This document shows positions 37,990 to 50,905 of a stretch of 64,000 nt of DNA, piece by piece (position 1 is the first letter of the stretch; every line of letters starts with the position of its first letter). Source of the DNA: Selaginella moellendorffii (Eukaryota; Plantae; Lycopodiophyta). The notes under the pieces are model-generated. The model searched no databases. It was given only the letters and a program-made list of their open reading frames with translations, and was not told the origin of the DNA. The translations under genes and the position numbers were made by a program. The DNA lies in assembly GCF_000143415.4 (NCBI RefSeq), contig NW_003314297.1, forward strand, positions 124,001 to 188,000. Direction: 5' to 3'.

Positions 37990-38150
37990 TTATACGAGCA
38001 AAAGGCTCAGCACCTCGAGGCTGGACAAATCGGGATGCTTGAAGCCGTGAAGAGCGTAACAAAACAAGTACGTTCTAGATTCGTGCTCAGCTCGATTTTG
38101 TCTTGGTTCAAGAGCTTGAGATGGCTGTGCTGGGATGTTGCGAGGCCACC
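37990..38150 (-). pseudogene. Short internally deleted duplicate of the GT34 3' end
   Basis: AEHESRTYL..YALHGF joined directly to HPDLSSLEV, versus TEHERRTYL..YALHGF...HPDLSSLEV in the adjacent gene. Confidence 0.7.
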
Positions 38151-38247
38151 TGTGAGTCTGCTTTTTTTTTGTCTCTTGGAGGATTGAGGGTGTCATGCAG
38201 GATCCTGAGGTAGCTGGTTTGCTAAAACATCTTCATTTGATCACACA

Positions 38248-39421
38248 CTACAACAAAGCAGACGACTCCACCACCTCGAGGCTGGACAAGTCCGGATGCG
38301 CCATTCCAGCGAGAGCCAGCACCTGGTTATCGCCAAAGTTATACGCTCGCCTGAAGCTCTCCACGCACCGCGCCGACTGCGACGTCGCGTACTCCCCGGT
38401 GCAGAGCTTGCAGCCGCAGAAGTGCGTGACGAATGGCCACTTTTGGCGATCGCCCACGTTGCCTCTGGCCGCCATCTCCTCGAAGCCGTCGACGATCACC
38501 TCCCAGAAGCCGTGGAGAGCGTACCCGGCCTCCAAGTACGTCCTCCTCTCGTGCTCCGTCTTGTTTCGTCTTAGGAGATACGCCAGCGCGCTCTGATCGT
38601 CCGCGGGCCAGTTCCTCGGACGCGTCCTGAACTCCCTGTTCAAGATCTCCGTGAGATGGTGCCTGCGCTGCGGTGAATCCGGCCGGAAGCTCATCCACTT
38701 GTCCAGGAAGTTGCGAGACCACTCGGTGTTTCTGATGAGGAAGATCCCGGCATTGAGGCCCAGCCAGTCCGGATCGTCACCATAAACCTGTAAGATCAGA
38801 TGATCACTGCTTTCTCTTGCGTTTGAATCTACGTACCTTTTCCCAGTATCCAGGAATGATCATGTCCTTGTTCCAGCTCTCGTAAGTTTCCAGCGGGATC
38901 ACGAACGACATATCGGTGAAGAGCGCGTCCGAGTCCATCCACATGAACCACTCGACGTGGGAGTTGACGAGCATGAGCCTCTTGAGCAGCGGATAGCGAG
39001 CCCAGGTTCCAGTGAAGCCCGGCTGCCACGACTCGAGGCTGTACCACACCTTGCACTGGTGTAAGTTGCAGTAGTCTACCTTGTTCTTGAGCGACATCAT
39101 GAGGAGGTGCGAGCCTTGCCTGGTCTTGCACGAAGTCGGCTGATCGGCGGTGACCAGGAGGAACTTGAGCGGCTCGGGTGGTGCTTGCTTGAGGGACTTG
39201 AGCATCCGCATCCTCGAGTAGAGGTCGGAGTGTGCCGAGGCTATGATCAGGGGAGCTGGACGGTCTGCTGCTGCTGCGTCATGCTTGGACGATTTTGATA
39301 GAGATCGAGACGGATGATCGATCGTGGTGTCCTGCAAGGTTGTGAGGAGGAGCACGACGATGAGGAAACAGGCTGCGACGAGGAGCAATCCAGCGAGCAG
39401 CGCCGGTGGTGAATTCGCCAT
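38248..39421 (-). CDS. Glycosyltransferase family 34 (xyloglucan xylosyltransferase / galactomannan galactosyltransferase-like); intron 38836-38788
   Basis: N-terminal TM, LKNKVDYC, WMDSDALFTDM, GLNAGIFLIRN, DDQSAL, PFVTHFCGCK, RAYNFGDNQ. Confidence 0.93.
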
Positions 39422-39719
39422 TTGAGTGAAGTGAGGCCTCGAAGAAGCTATGCTCGTTTCTTAGTATTTCTTTCCCCGGGCATAGAATTTGCGTGGTATC
39501 ATGCATTCGGCCCTTCCGGGAAGAAATTCTTTTCCTTCTGTCCAAAATCGGCGCGAAAATGCGCCACCGCGGGCGAGCGCTCTGTTCCTGCCGCCACCGC
39601 TGCTGCTGCGAATCGATCGGTCGAGGTATCTTTTCCATCCATCCAATGTAGGATGCGGTCATAGCTTTCCTCGTCTTCCTTCCACCAGGGCCTTTTCCTC
39701 TTATATTTTTTGACCAGGA

Positions 39720-41025
39720 TTCAACAATACATTAAAGAAATTAATTTGTAATAATAAAAAATTAATTTTTTATGTTGTAGATTTTGTATTTTTTATTTAA
39801 TTTATAAATATTAAATATGAATTTATATAAATATATTTACCATTTTCAGTAACTGGTTATACTTATTACCAAAGTTCAAGACAAATCTTTTTACCTTTTT
39901 AAAAAAATTTTAAGTTAGAAAGTCAATTGCTTTTTTATTCATTTTTTTCAATAGTTTATAAAAATTTTAAGCTCTTAGAAATATTTAATTGTTTATTATT
40001 TTAGTATAAGTTGATTAATATAAAATTTTAAATAAGCTATTTATACATAATAAAATTAAATATGATAAATTTTAACTACTATGGAATCACTATAAAAGTT
40101 AACTTTGTAAATAAATGGTACAAATAGTATTTCTTTGATATTCAACTGAATTCACAAGAGCTCAGAAGTAGATTAATACAATTATCAGTATAAATAATAA
40201 AATTTATTAAAACAAAATTACTTTAATCAAAATGTCATAAATTCATTTGGCATCTAAAGTTAAAATACCAAATCAAAGTATTATTTTTAATGAATGTGCA
40301 TCCAAATCTAAATTTAATACTAATATATAACAAAATAAATATTTATATTTTATTATTTATTTTTAGAAATTTAAATTTCCTATGTATAAAGTTATCATCA
40401 CCACTTTTATATTTCTAATGCTTTTTATTGATGATAAAAATATAATTCAATGAATTTGAAATCATTAAATCAACCTCATTTTTATTGTAAACTGTGTAAT
40501 ATAAGTGTTTTATTTACAATTTAAATTCTATTATTATATTTTATAAAATACTAAAATTACATAGTGAAATTTTATTTTAAATGTATATATATATATAAAA
40601 TTTACTACAAGTCCCTTCAACATATTTAGTATATTGAAAATAATTTAACAAAGTTAGACTTATTGTAAAAATTTGGTTCTTTCCTAGATGGTATAGTGGT
40701 ATATGCATAAGACAAGGGGCATATTTAATATATATTTATAAATATAAAAATTCATTTTTAATATAAGTAACTATGTTATAATCTTGATATGAGTGCAAAA
40801 ATGTAAAATGTGTATTATATTAATTAAGAATTTTCTTTCAACATTTTATTTTAAGATCTCTAAAAAAGAAATTGCAATTTAATAATTATGAAATTTTGAT
40901 TTTCAAGCTTGTGAGGTTTTATTTATAAGAAAATATTTTTCTCTATAGAGCAAAATAATCATAGAGCATAATAAATTTTCCTAATATATCTATCTATATA
41001 TCTCATTTCAAAGTTAATAAAACGA
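39720..41025. repeat. AT-rich intergenic block, probable decayed TE
   Basis: Composition only. Confidence 0.35.
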
Positions 41026-41058
41026 CGTCTTAGGGCTTAGGCTTACTTCTCAGGAGCC

Positions 41059-41265
41059 ATGGGCGAGGAGTATTTGGGGCACACTGGCGAGTTCTTCCGG
41101 CGGATCGATTGGTGGCGCCGCGATCCCAAGCTCCAGGTGACCGCCAAACACATGGCGCCAGGATTGGGCACCGCCGCCGTCGCCTTTGCCGCCTTCTGCG
41201 TCGGCGAGTTCGTGTGGGACAAGATCCGGGGCCCCAAGGAGCACCACGGCGACGCCCATCACTGA
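41059..41265 (+). CDS. NDUFB3: Mitochondrial complex I subunit B12 (NDUFB3)
   Basis: LGHTGEFFRR.DWWR..P.L......PGLG.A.VAF matches plant B12 subunits; single TM, 68 aa. Confidence 0.85.
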   Translation: MGEEYLGHTGEFFRRIDWWRRDPKLQVTAKHMAPGLGTAAVAFAAFCVGEFVWDKIRGPKEHHGDAHH

Positions 41266-41578
41266 CAAGAAAGAGAGAAATCAAGCCAGAGATGTGTCTT
41301 TCTTCTTTCTTGTTCTTGTTTTCTCAGAATGAAGATGCAAAATTTCTTTTGTCTTGCAAGAAAAACCTTTTTTTCTCCAAGAAGCTAGGCTTGGATGATG
41401 ATACATTTTAGCCAAAGTTTGAGCTGGATCGTCGACTCTCAAGCGGGGCTCTTGGCAAATTCACCAGCCTGTGCCGATTTTCTTCTTGAGCCAGCAGTGA
41501 TAAGAGCTTTGGACCGAGAAATATAAAAATGTATCTGACAATAAATTTTTAGGGTTCTTCGCAGTGCCCTGAGCGCCA

Positions 41579-44500
41579 ATGATGATCAATGCGGAGCGCT
41601 GCTGCGCAATCCGGAATCTTCCCGACCGCCGTTCGTCCCAGCTGCCGGCTCCTCGGCCAAGAGCTCAAGTGTTCTTTCCAAGGGTGTGCTGCGTGAATGC
41701 CGGCGCTCTCGTCATCGAGGAGCAATCCAAGAATGCGGAGAAATTTACGAGCAGTGCTGCCAGAATCCAGGTAAGGGAATCTATGGATAGCGAAGTAGTG
41801 ATGAATTAGAGAATTTCCAGGAGAAAGTGGGAAGATTTCTTCAAGAGAAGCTTAGCTTGAATCACTGGATTGTTGGCGACTATTACAATCTTGTCGCGGA
41901 TGTCAACAAGCTGGAACCCGAGATGAAAGCGTTATCGGACAAACAGGTGTGGCGATCCTTTCACTTCTCTTTCTCAAGAATTTTCTTTTTTTCCTGCAGC
42001 TAAGAGCAAAGACGGACTACTTTCGACGGCGACTCGCAGCTGGGGAGAGCTTGAATGACATTCAATCTGGTGAGATATTTCCCTCTTCCATTTCATTGTG
42101 GAGGACTGATAGCTTTCAGTGTAGAGGCATTTGCTGTTGTACGTGAAGCTGGGCGAAGGCAGCTCAATATGCGGCATTTTGACGTCCAGGTAGAAACTTA
42201 AGTCTTTGGTGGTGGGTTTTGGATTCCAAGAGTTCATGTTGGCTAGATTGTAGGTGGCGCAGTTCTCCACGATGGAAGTATTGCGGAAATGAAGACTGGA
42301 GAAGGGAAAACTTTGGTCTCCACTCTAGCAGGTTCTTTCCTGTTCGAAGAGCTGTTTTTTTTAACTTGTTCCTTGCCTTGATGCAGCCTATCTCAATGCT
42401 CTAACAGGCGAGGGCGTCCATGGTATGACTTCAAATTCTTAGCGATTATAATGTTGGGACTCACTTCAGCTTTTTCGTCCTAGTGATAACTGTCAACGAT
42501 TATCTAGCTCAACGAGACGCGGAATGGATGGGCCAAATTTACAAGTTCTTGGGGCTTTCTGTTGGCCTTGTGAAGGTAATTCTGGCTTACCTGAATTGTC
42601 TTTTCTTTGTTGAGATTAGTCTTTCCTATAGAGCTCGCTTGAGCCGGAGGAAAGAAAAGCAGCATATGCATGTGATATTACCTACGGCAATAATTCGGTA
42701 AGTTGGGCTATGGATTTATTTCAAAACTCTAGAGGTCTGGTTTTTTAGGAATTCATTTTTGACTACTTGCGGGATCACACCTGTTCGACAAAGGAAGAAA
42801 TGGTTATGCGCTGGTGCGTGTTAGTGCTTAAATTTTCAGCATGCTAATGATGTCATTCCCTAGGCCGCGTCCTTTGCACTTTGCTGTTGTGGATGAGATA
42901 GACTCGGTGCTGATTGACGAGGGAAGAAATCCTTTTTTACTCAGCTCAGAGGTACTCGCTTAAAAAGTATCTCCATTGAATACACTGGAGGAATGTTTTA
43001 TGACAGTCTTCCAAAAATGCTTCCCGGTATCCTGTTGCAGCTGAAGTTGCCGATTTTCTTATCGTGGATCGCGTAAGTTTTTTTCCTCGACAATTGCGTT
43101 TTGGTTTCAATTCTTTTTTCCCTCATGTTTGCAGCATTATACCGTTCAGCAAAAGCAGAAAACTGTGGAACTTACTGAGGAGGGTGTCGCTATGGCTGAA
43201 CTTGCTCTCGGCATTGAAAATCTGTGGGATGGAAAGGATCCCTGGGCACGGTCTGTAGTGAATTAACGGTTGTATCTAACACAACTTTATTATGCGTTCC
43301 AGGTTTGTCGTGACGGCTTTGAAGGCCAAAGAGTGTTACTTTCGTGATGTAGATTACATCGTTAGGGACGGGAAAGTGCAGATTGTCGACGAGGTTAGCT
43401 TCGTCAAAAGAGAAAAACAAATTCCTTCATTCTAACCTTTCGATTTGCAGTTTACTGGTCGCGTGGCTACTAATAGACGCTGGTCTGATGGAATTCATCA
43501 AGCTGTCGAGGCAAAAGAAGGCGTGAAAATAAATGTACGATCCTAATGTATGTCCATTTTCCCCTGATTTTCTACTTCTTGACAGCCGGAAACTGTTATG
43601 TCTGCTCATATGACGTATCAATCGTACTTCAAGCTTTACTCCAAGGTTTCAGGGATGACGGGCACTGCCAAGACTGAGGTTTTATATGTTGCTCAAATTG
43701 GCTTCGTTTTTCTGAACTATTCCGCAGGAAAAGGAATTTCTGAAACTCTTCAACATGCCTGTTGTTGAAGTACCTACAAATCTACCCAACATACGCGTGG
43801 ACTTGCCTTTACATATTTTCCCGGTGTGTAAATTTCACATGACGGGTTTATCATGACATGGCTTGTGTTGTAAGACTGCTCGTGGAAAATGGAGAAGAGT
43901 ACGGGAAGAAATCGAAATAATGCATGCTCAAGGTCGTCCTGTTCTAGTAGGAACGACGAGGTAAAATTCACAATTCGTTTTCTACATGGCAGAACTTGTT
44001 TCTTGCAGCGTAGAAGAATCGGAACTTCTTTCAGCGTTACTACATGAACACAATATTCCCCACAATGTTCTAAACGCTCGTGCAAAGGTTTGTGTTTCGT
44101 GCGGTTGCTGCGCATTGAACTCACTGTTTTACAGTACGCGGCTAGAGAAGCCGAGATAGTTGCTCAAGCTGGGAGGAAAAGCGCAATAACGATCGCCACA
44201 AACATGGCGGGGCGTGGAACGGATATTATACTCGGTGGGAATCCTGAGGTATTTGAGTCGCATATTGGCAATTTACTCCAGCATCATTTGTCTTTTAGAT
44301 GCTTGCCAAAGAGATCCTTCAGCGGAGAATACTCCCTTTTATGGCTTCTGATTCTCCGGATGTTGAAACAGATGGAGCTCCACTTTCGCAAAAGGTTTGT
44401 GATCTCACCTTGCACCTCCACTAAGAAGTTCTTTATATTACTTGATCAGGGGTTATCGACTATAAAGCTTAGTGGTGTTTCTTTTAGCAGAATATTCAGG

Positions 44501-46396
44501 GCTTGCGCTGCAGGTAACTCTTCTCGAGCTGGCCTTTCAATGACGTAAGTGCTTTTTGTTTCAGCAAAAGTTGTGTGTGGAAGTGGTGGTGAAGTCTTTA
44601 GTTATCGTGAGGCGAAGGACAAGCTACTCTACGTATTCAATAATGCTCGTTTCGAGGACGAAGATCGGCTAATCGATCTTGCGAGCGGAAGCGGTGCAGA
44701 GACGCTTTCACTTGGCCCCAGTATAGCTCTGGCTTGTCTTTCTGTTCTACGAGACTGCCGAGCTTACTGTTTGCTAGAAGGAAACGAGGTGAAACGATTG
44801 GGTGGCCTTCATGTCATCGGTACAGCTTTGCATGAGTCGCGTCGGATTGACAATCAAGTAAGACGTTTTATGTTTCTACGTCCCGCCAACATTTTATTCT
44901 GTTTTCTAGTTGCGGGGCAGAGCTGGAAGGCAAGGGGATCCAGGCTCTACTAGATTCATGATAAGGTACAAAGAATCATATCTCGATTCTCAAAGACTGA
45001 CGGCTGTTTTGTTTTTCTAGCTTTGAGGATGATATGCTACAAAAGTATGGTGGTGAACTAGCGTATAAGCTGATGAAAGCAGTAGGCGTTGAAGATGTGG
45101 ATGTTGGCTCCGGCATAACAAGACATCAGGTATGACTTTTTCAGTGCGCGAAAGCACGCCAATTCTTAATTACGCGTTCAAGGTGTTGTCTATTCAAACA
45201 AGCGTTGAGAAGTATTTCTCGGGAGTCAGGAGACACATGGTAGAATATGACGCAGTTTTGGAGGTAAAGATCGTTTGGTAACAACTATGGCTGTATGCGT
45301 TTGCTGACCGCCGCCCTTTCGGGTGGAACATCAGGTGCACAGGAGTCACGTTTTCAAGCTCCGAGAGGCCTTTGTTATGGGGACGTTTGACTCGTGCCAA
45401 CAACTGTTCTACCAGTAAGAAAATTCTGAGCTAATCTTTGGAATGCCTATATGACATGTCGAGTAGATATATCCAGGGTGTTGCTGACGAGATGGTGCTA
45501 AACCACGTCGATCCCACAAAGGTAAATAACATTTTCAGTTTTCTGGTGAGAGACTGTAGCAACCACACTTTCCAGCCACCGAGAAACTGGAACCTCGAAG
45601 GCTTTCTGGACGAGTTTGACGACTTCGCTTCTGTCACCTTCGCATTCCCTCGCGGTTCACGTACGTTAAACGATCGTATCTTTCGCTCTCTAACCCAAAG
45701 TCTTGTTCAGATCTGCTCTCTAATGTAACGAAAGAAACGATCGTGTCGGCCCTGTCCACCTCCCGGCTCATGAAAGAACTCCCAGGCTTGCCTCCAACGG
45801 GCTTGGATGCGGGTGACAGCCCCATGAAAGCAGCGTCCTTGAGCCGATGGAAACGAGATGACTTTTTGCCGTGAGTTGCTACACATTTTCCCATCATCTT
45901 AAGCACCATCTTTACTTTCAGGAGCGGGAGACACTGCCAGGAACTAGATTCTTTCCGGAGATACGTTGGTGATATACTCATCGCCGAGTACCAGAGAAAG
46001 CTCGAAAGCATCCAGGAATTCCGGGAGGACGCCAACCAAGTCGAGGTAAGTTATCTAGCGTAAGCGATCAAACCAGCTTAGCGTTTTGCACAGAGATCTG
46101 TGGCGATCAGTGCTCTGGACTACTTCTGGAGAATGCATCTCGCCAACATGAGCAGGCTTTCATCCGCCGTAAGTCTGTAAACTCTTTTTTCTCACGATTT
46201 TGATTTCGCTTGAGAGAGAGCTTTTCGTTTTTCTCACACGAGCTTTCCATGTCTCTCACAGGTCCAAATCACAGGCTTTGGCCACATGAATCCTCTGGAC
46301 GAGTATAAACTCGACGGCGCGCGATTCTTCATCAAGATGCTCAGCGCTGCGAGACGAATGACGGTGGAATCGCTACTCAAGCCGTGGGCCGACTAG
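41579..46396 (+). CDS. SECA2: Plastid preprotein translocase ATPase SECA2, many short introns
   Basis: [73 protein letters not shown]; [11 protein letters not shown] and DEGRNP favour SECA2 over SECA1. Confidence 0.9.
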
Positions 46397-46397
46397 C

Positions 46398-47095
<698 letters not shown>

Positions 47096-47489
47096 GGCGC
47101 GAGGTCGGCCATAGTCTCTAAGAATTCTTCCTCTTCTTCTTCCCTCTTCGCATTTTGTGCCTGGTTCTTTTGGAGAGTTTTCTCTGCTTTGGTTCTACTC
47201 CTGTTTCTCTTGCTTCTCTTCCTTGGTTTCATGTGGGTTGTGGTGAGATGAGATGAGGAGAAGGCTCTCTCGTTTTTGGTATCTCTCTCTTTTTTTCTCT
47301 CTCTCCCGCCGGGTGTCAATGTCCAGCAGCCATTGGCATGGTCTGGCTGAGAGTATCAATATATATTCTTCATTGAATAAGTTAAGGCTTCTCCCTCGTG
47401 TCGTGTATGGAGCTTGTAGATTCCGTGTGGTGCTTGGACTCCCAATCTCTCTTGGGTCCTTGCCACTAGCTCATTCTCGGTGTCAAGGG

Positions 47490-47590
47490 TTGTGCGTTAC
47501 TGTCGAGCTTCGTCCGGGTGAGAGCTTTTGATAAACTGCGAAAACTTCCTGGCACCAGCAAAGCGTGGAGTCATCGTTTTGCATGTACAG
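47490..47590. pseudogene. Deleted duplicate of the 3' end/flank of the IQ gene (50862-51070)
   Basis: ttactgtcgagctt..gtgagagcttt / aaaacttcctggca / ccagcaaagcgt / ggagtcatcgttttgcatgtaca occur in the same order at both loci. Confidence 0.75.
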
Positions 47591-47749
47591 GTACGTCACG
47601 ATGGATAGATGTTTTGATCACCGCAGCGGGCATGGGACCATACTAAAATCTCTAGCTACGTTTATCCTCATTTACTACATCTCTCTAAATGCTGCGTCAA
47701 TTAGGGTGTCCATACAATACACTTTATACCTTTATCAAGGTATAAGAGG

Positions 47750-48543
47750 GTTCCTCGAATGGCTGTCGCTTTGTAGATCGACCGGACAATGACGAACATT
47801 TTGGCGACGTGATAGAGAAGTTCTGCAGAGATTGCAATCTGAAGATCTTGTCTCTTGTTTGTTTTCTTTCTTTTTTATGCTCACTGTCATGATGTGTTGA
47901 TCAGCCAATCAACTACGTGGATTTCAGCAAAGGAGGGCATGAAGTGTTCGCGACGACTGAAGGAGGGCGGCTGATGGGCCATAACTATGGGTATACGGTC
48001 CTCTTCTGTCGTAAGAACATCGAGGATCTCGACGATGTTCGCCGCTACAAGCAGGTGTCCAACAAAGAGAAATTGTACCAGATTGCGAGGGCTGGAAGTG
48101 TTCTTACTTGACAGAAGACGGATACCGTCCTCTGATGCCAGGAGACGATTTGGAGGTGAATGAAACTGGCTATCCAAGCAAGAACATTGTGGTTCTGCTC
48201 GAGAAAGGTGAGGGCTCACGATCCTAGCTCTTTTCACTTGTGTTGCATGTTTAAATAGTTCATAATGAAAAGAAAAAGAGCTTTCCTGTCACTGATCATC
48301 TTCCCAATTGCTGGTCAAGGGACCTGTCCGAGAGCTTCCAATTCCAGGCGAAGAATCAGTACTATGGTGGTCCGCCGATCTCCATGGCGGGCATGTACGA
48401 GCAACAGAATCAGCACCATCTCCACCGTCACCATTTATCTGAAGGGAACTGAAAGTTCGGAGTTCCTTGTTAAGGGATCAATCTTACTTAATCAAGACAA
48501 GAAAATCGACGAAAGTAGCAATATGTCATGCATCCAAAACTAG
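47750..48543 (+). pseudogene. Exon-like fragments of an unknown gene
   Basis: Coding-like segments with splice-like boundaries that could not be joined into one intact frame. Confidence 0.25.
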
Positions 48544-49426
48544 AAACTTCGTGATGAGCAGCTCCTCACATGCGTTCAAATCTTTGAACGAATTATTGGG
48601 AGTTGTCAGAGAGAGAATTGTGGACCATCGCTAACCTTCTAGTCGGTTGTCAAGCTTAAATGTACAAGATCGATTTCAATATTGTGTTTTTGCAAACACC
48701 AGTATTCCCAATAGACTGGGTTTAAGTAGGATAGTGGTCCTAACATACACCTGAGTTGCAGATGCTTGAGAAAGAGCATAATCAGCATCTTCAACCAAAT
48801 AAAAACACTTCATCTGGATTCTTGAAAGAGAATTTCCAGCTCAGTTAATCGCTGCTTTCAAGGATTTTTTCTACGGATCCAAATTCAACCAAAAGGTCCA
48901 GGACTTGAGCAAAGAACAAACAGAAACCAGAGCAATTGCTGTGCTGCTGCCACCATCGAAGAAATAGAAATGGATGCAAACTTGTGTTGAAATTAATTCC
49001 GTGCTAGCGATTTCTTATTTTTGCAAACTTAATTTGAGGGACAGGAATATGCTCGGGATGGCTCGTGCCTCCTGGTCGCCTGCCGGCTCAACGTTGAGTT
49101 AGTCATTCATGTCATTTTATCTATACGATTGTGGTGCCCATCAAGAAGCCTGCATGAATGCATGCAATGGATACTTTGTTTTTTGTTATTACAGGTTAAG
49201 CATGATCTAAACTAAAGTCAGCATTAATTACTTTAATGCTGTGATTCGACATGATTTCAATATTATGAAGTGTTTCCAGTCCACTAGAGCAACTTGGCAT
49301 GTTCACACCATGCTAGAATATTCTATGAGCTAGAGTATATATATCAGCCCCCAAACTCAAGCTTGCCAGTGTAGTTGTGAAAGTTTCTAGCTGCGTGTAT
49401 CCAATAGCACTTGTATCTGTGTCATA

Positions 49427-49801
49427 ATGGAAGGTTCACACAAAGACATTGGTGAGATATTGCTCACCGCAAGGTCGAAGCTGCATGAGAACTACAAGAT
49501 GTATTCAAATCTATCCATTAGCAGTCAGAACGCACAGCATTACATGGTGATCACCAATGACGGCGGCACAGTTCAGGTCCAGCCGAAAGGATCAAATGAC
49601 AAGAAAGGTACTTTCTACCTCCAACTGTCACCCACAGGCCAGCTCGAGAAGTACCAGGACGATGAGGAGGAACCAGTTGATGTCAAGGGAGAAATCCTTG
49701 AGCAGAATGATGAATACGTTCTGGTTGTGAAGAACACTGGAAAGGTCTACGTCCAGCTTGATGATGAGGACAAGCAGGAGATTAAGGGACTGCCATGGTA
49801 A
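49427..49801 (+). CDS. Small acidic intronless protein, divergent bulb-type (GNA/B-lectin-like) beta-prism
   Basis: TATA at ~49336; three degenerate subdomain repeats (YMVITNDGGTV, YLQLSPTGQLEKY, YVLVVKNTGKVYV); no signal peptide. Confidence 0.5.
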   Translation: MEGSHKDIGEILLTARSKLHENYKMYSNLSISSQNAQHYMVITNDGGTVQVQPKGSNDKKGTFYLQLSPTGQLEKYQDDEEEPVDVKGEILEQNDEYVLVVKNTGKVYVQLDDEDKQEIKGLPW

Positions 49802-50905
49802 AGCCATGGCTATTGATATGTGGTTGTTTCAATGTGACGGTATTAAGTAAATAAGAATCAACCTGTGGCGTGTGGTTTGATTTTAAGCCCAGAAACAAGA
49901 AGATTCAAAGTGGCAGCCAATTGATATGCTAGTAAATCTCGTTGTTTCAGGAGCACATCTGGATTCCTAGATTTCTCTACTTATTACGACGTTTCTAATC
50001 AGCCTCGGGCTCCAAAGTAAAAACCGATTAGCAGACTATATACCCTGCTCCAAATCTCGATTCTGAAGCTCCAGGGATGGGGTGTTGTCTCAGGCAGATC
50101 TGACGAATCATGAGCGAATCATATGGTTGAAACTGAAGCGAGGCTGCAACTGGGCCACTGTGCGGCGCAGTTGAAATTGGCAGCAGCAGCATCAGCAATA
50201 GCTCTGCCGATTTCTCAGCTGCCTGTATTCCCAGCCCCTCATTACACCTTTGCAAATGTACAAGTGAATTCACATATAGTAGTTTCTTTTATTTCTTCTT
50301 CTTTTCACAGTGAGAGGCAATGTTCTTCAGTGTGTTACATCTCTCTAGCAGATTCAGAGCAGAAATCGTTAACAGCCATGCCTGTTTAGTTGATGATAAG
50401 GTTTCATCTCACATCAGGAGAGTTTTATTTAGTCGTGCGTATTGGTACGTGAATCAGTGTTGCCAAGCTTCTCCATTCTGACAAATTCTACGCAATGGGG
50501 AAGCCTTCGCAGCACATGAGGATGCGGATGCTGCTCCTGAAGCCACGGTTACAATCTTCATTGAAGTCATGACCGGAGTCACGATCAAAATGCAACGTAA
50601 GGTATGAGTTAGTCAATGCACAACAACCTTCGGATGATGGCATGGGATTTTAACGAGGAAATTGAAGTGTTCAGCGCTAGATGGTTCTCTTCGTGGTAAG
50701 AACACCGAGGATCTCTTCTCATCTTTCTCATGTTGTAGGTTCTCTTGGTGGTCACACGCGTAGTTTAGAAAGAGGCACCTCACTTGTCCTAGACTACAAA
50801 CAATTTGTATTGGTGTATGTAACTTGTAGTGTTTAGATTTCCAGTCTCTGGATCCTAAAGTTTGTGTGTTACTGTCGAGCTTGTTCCAGGTGAGAGCTTT
50901 GTGGT

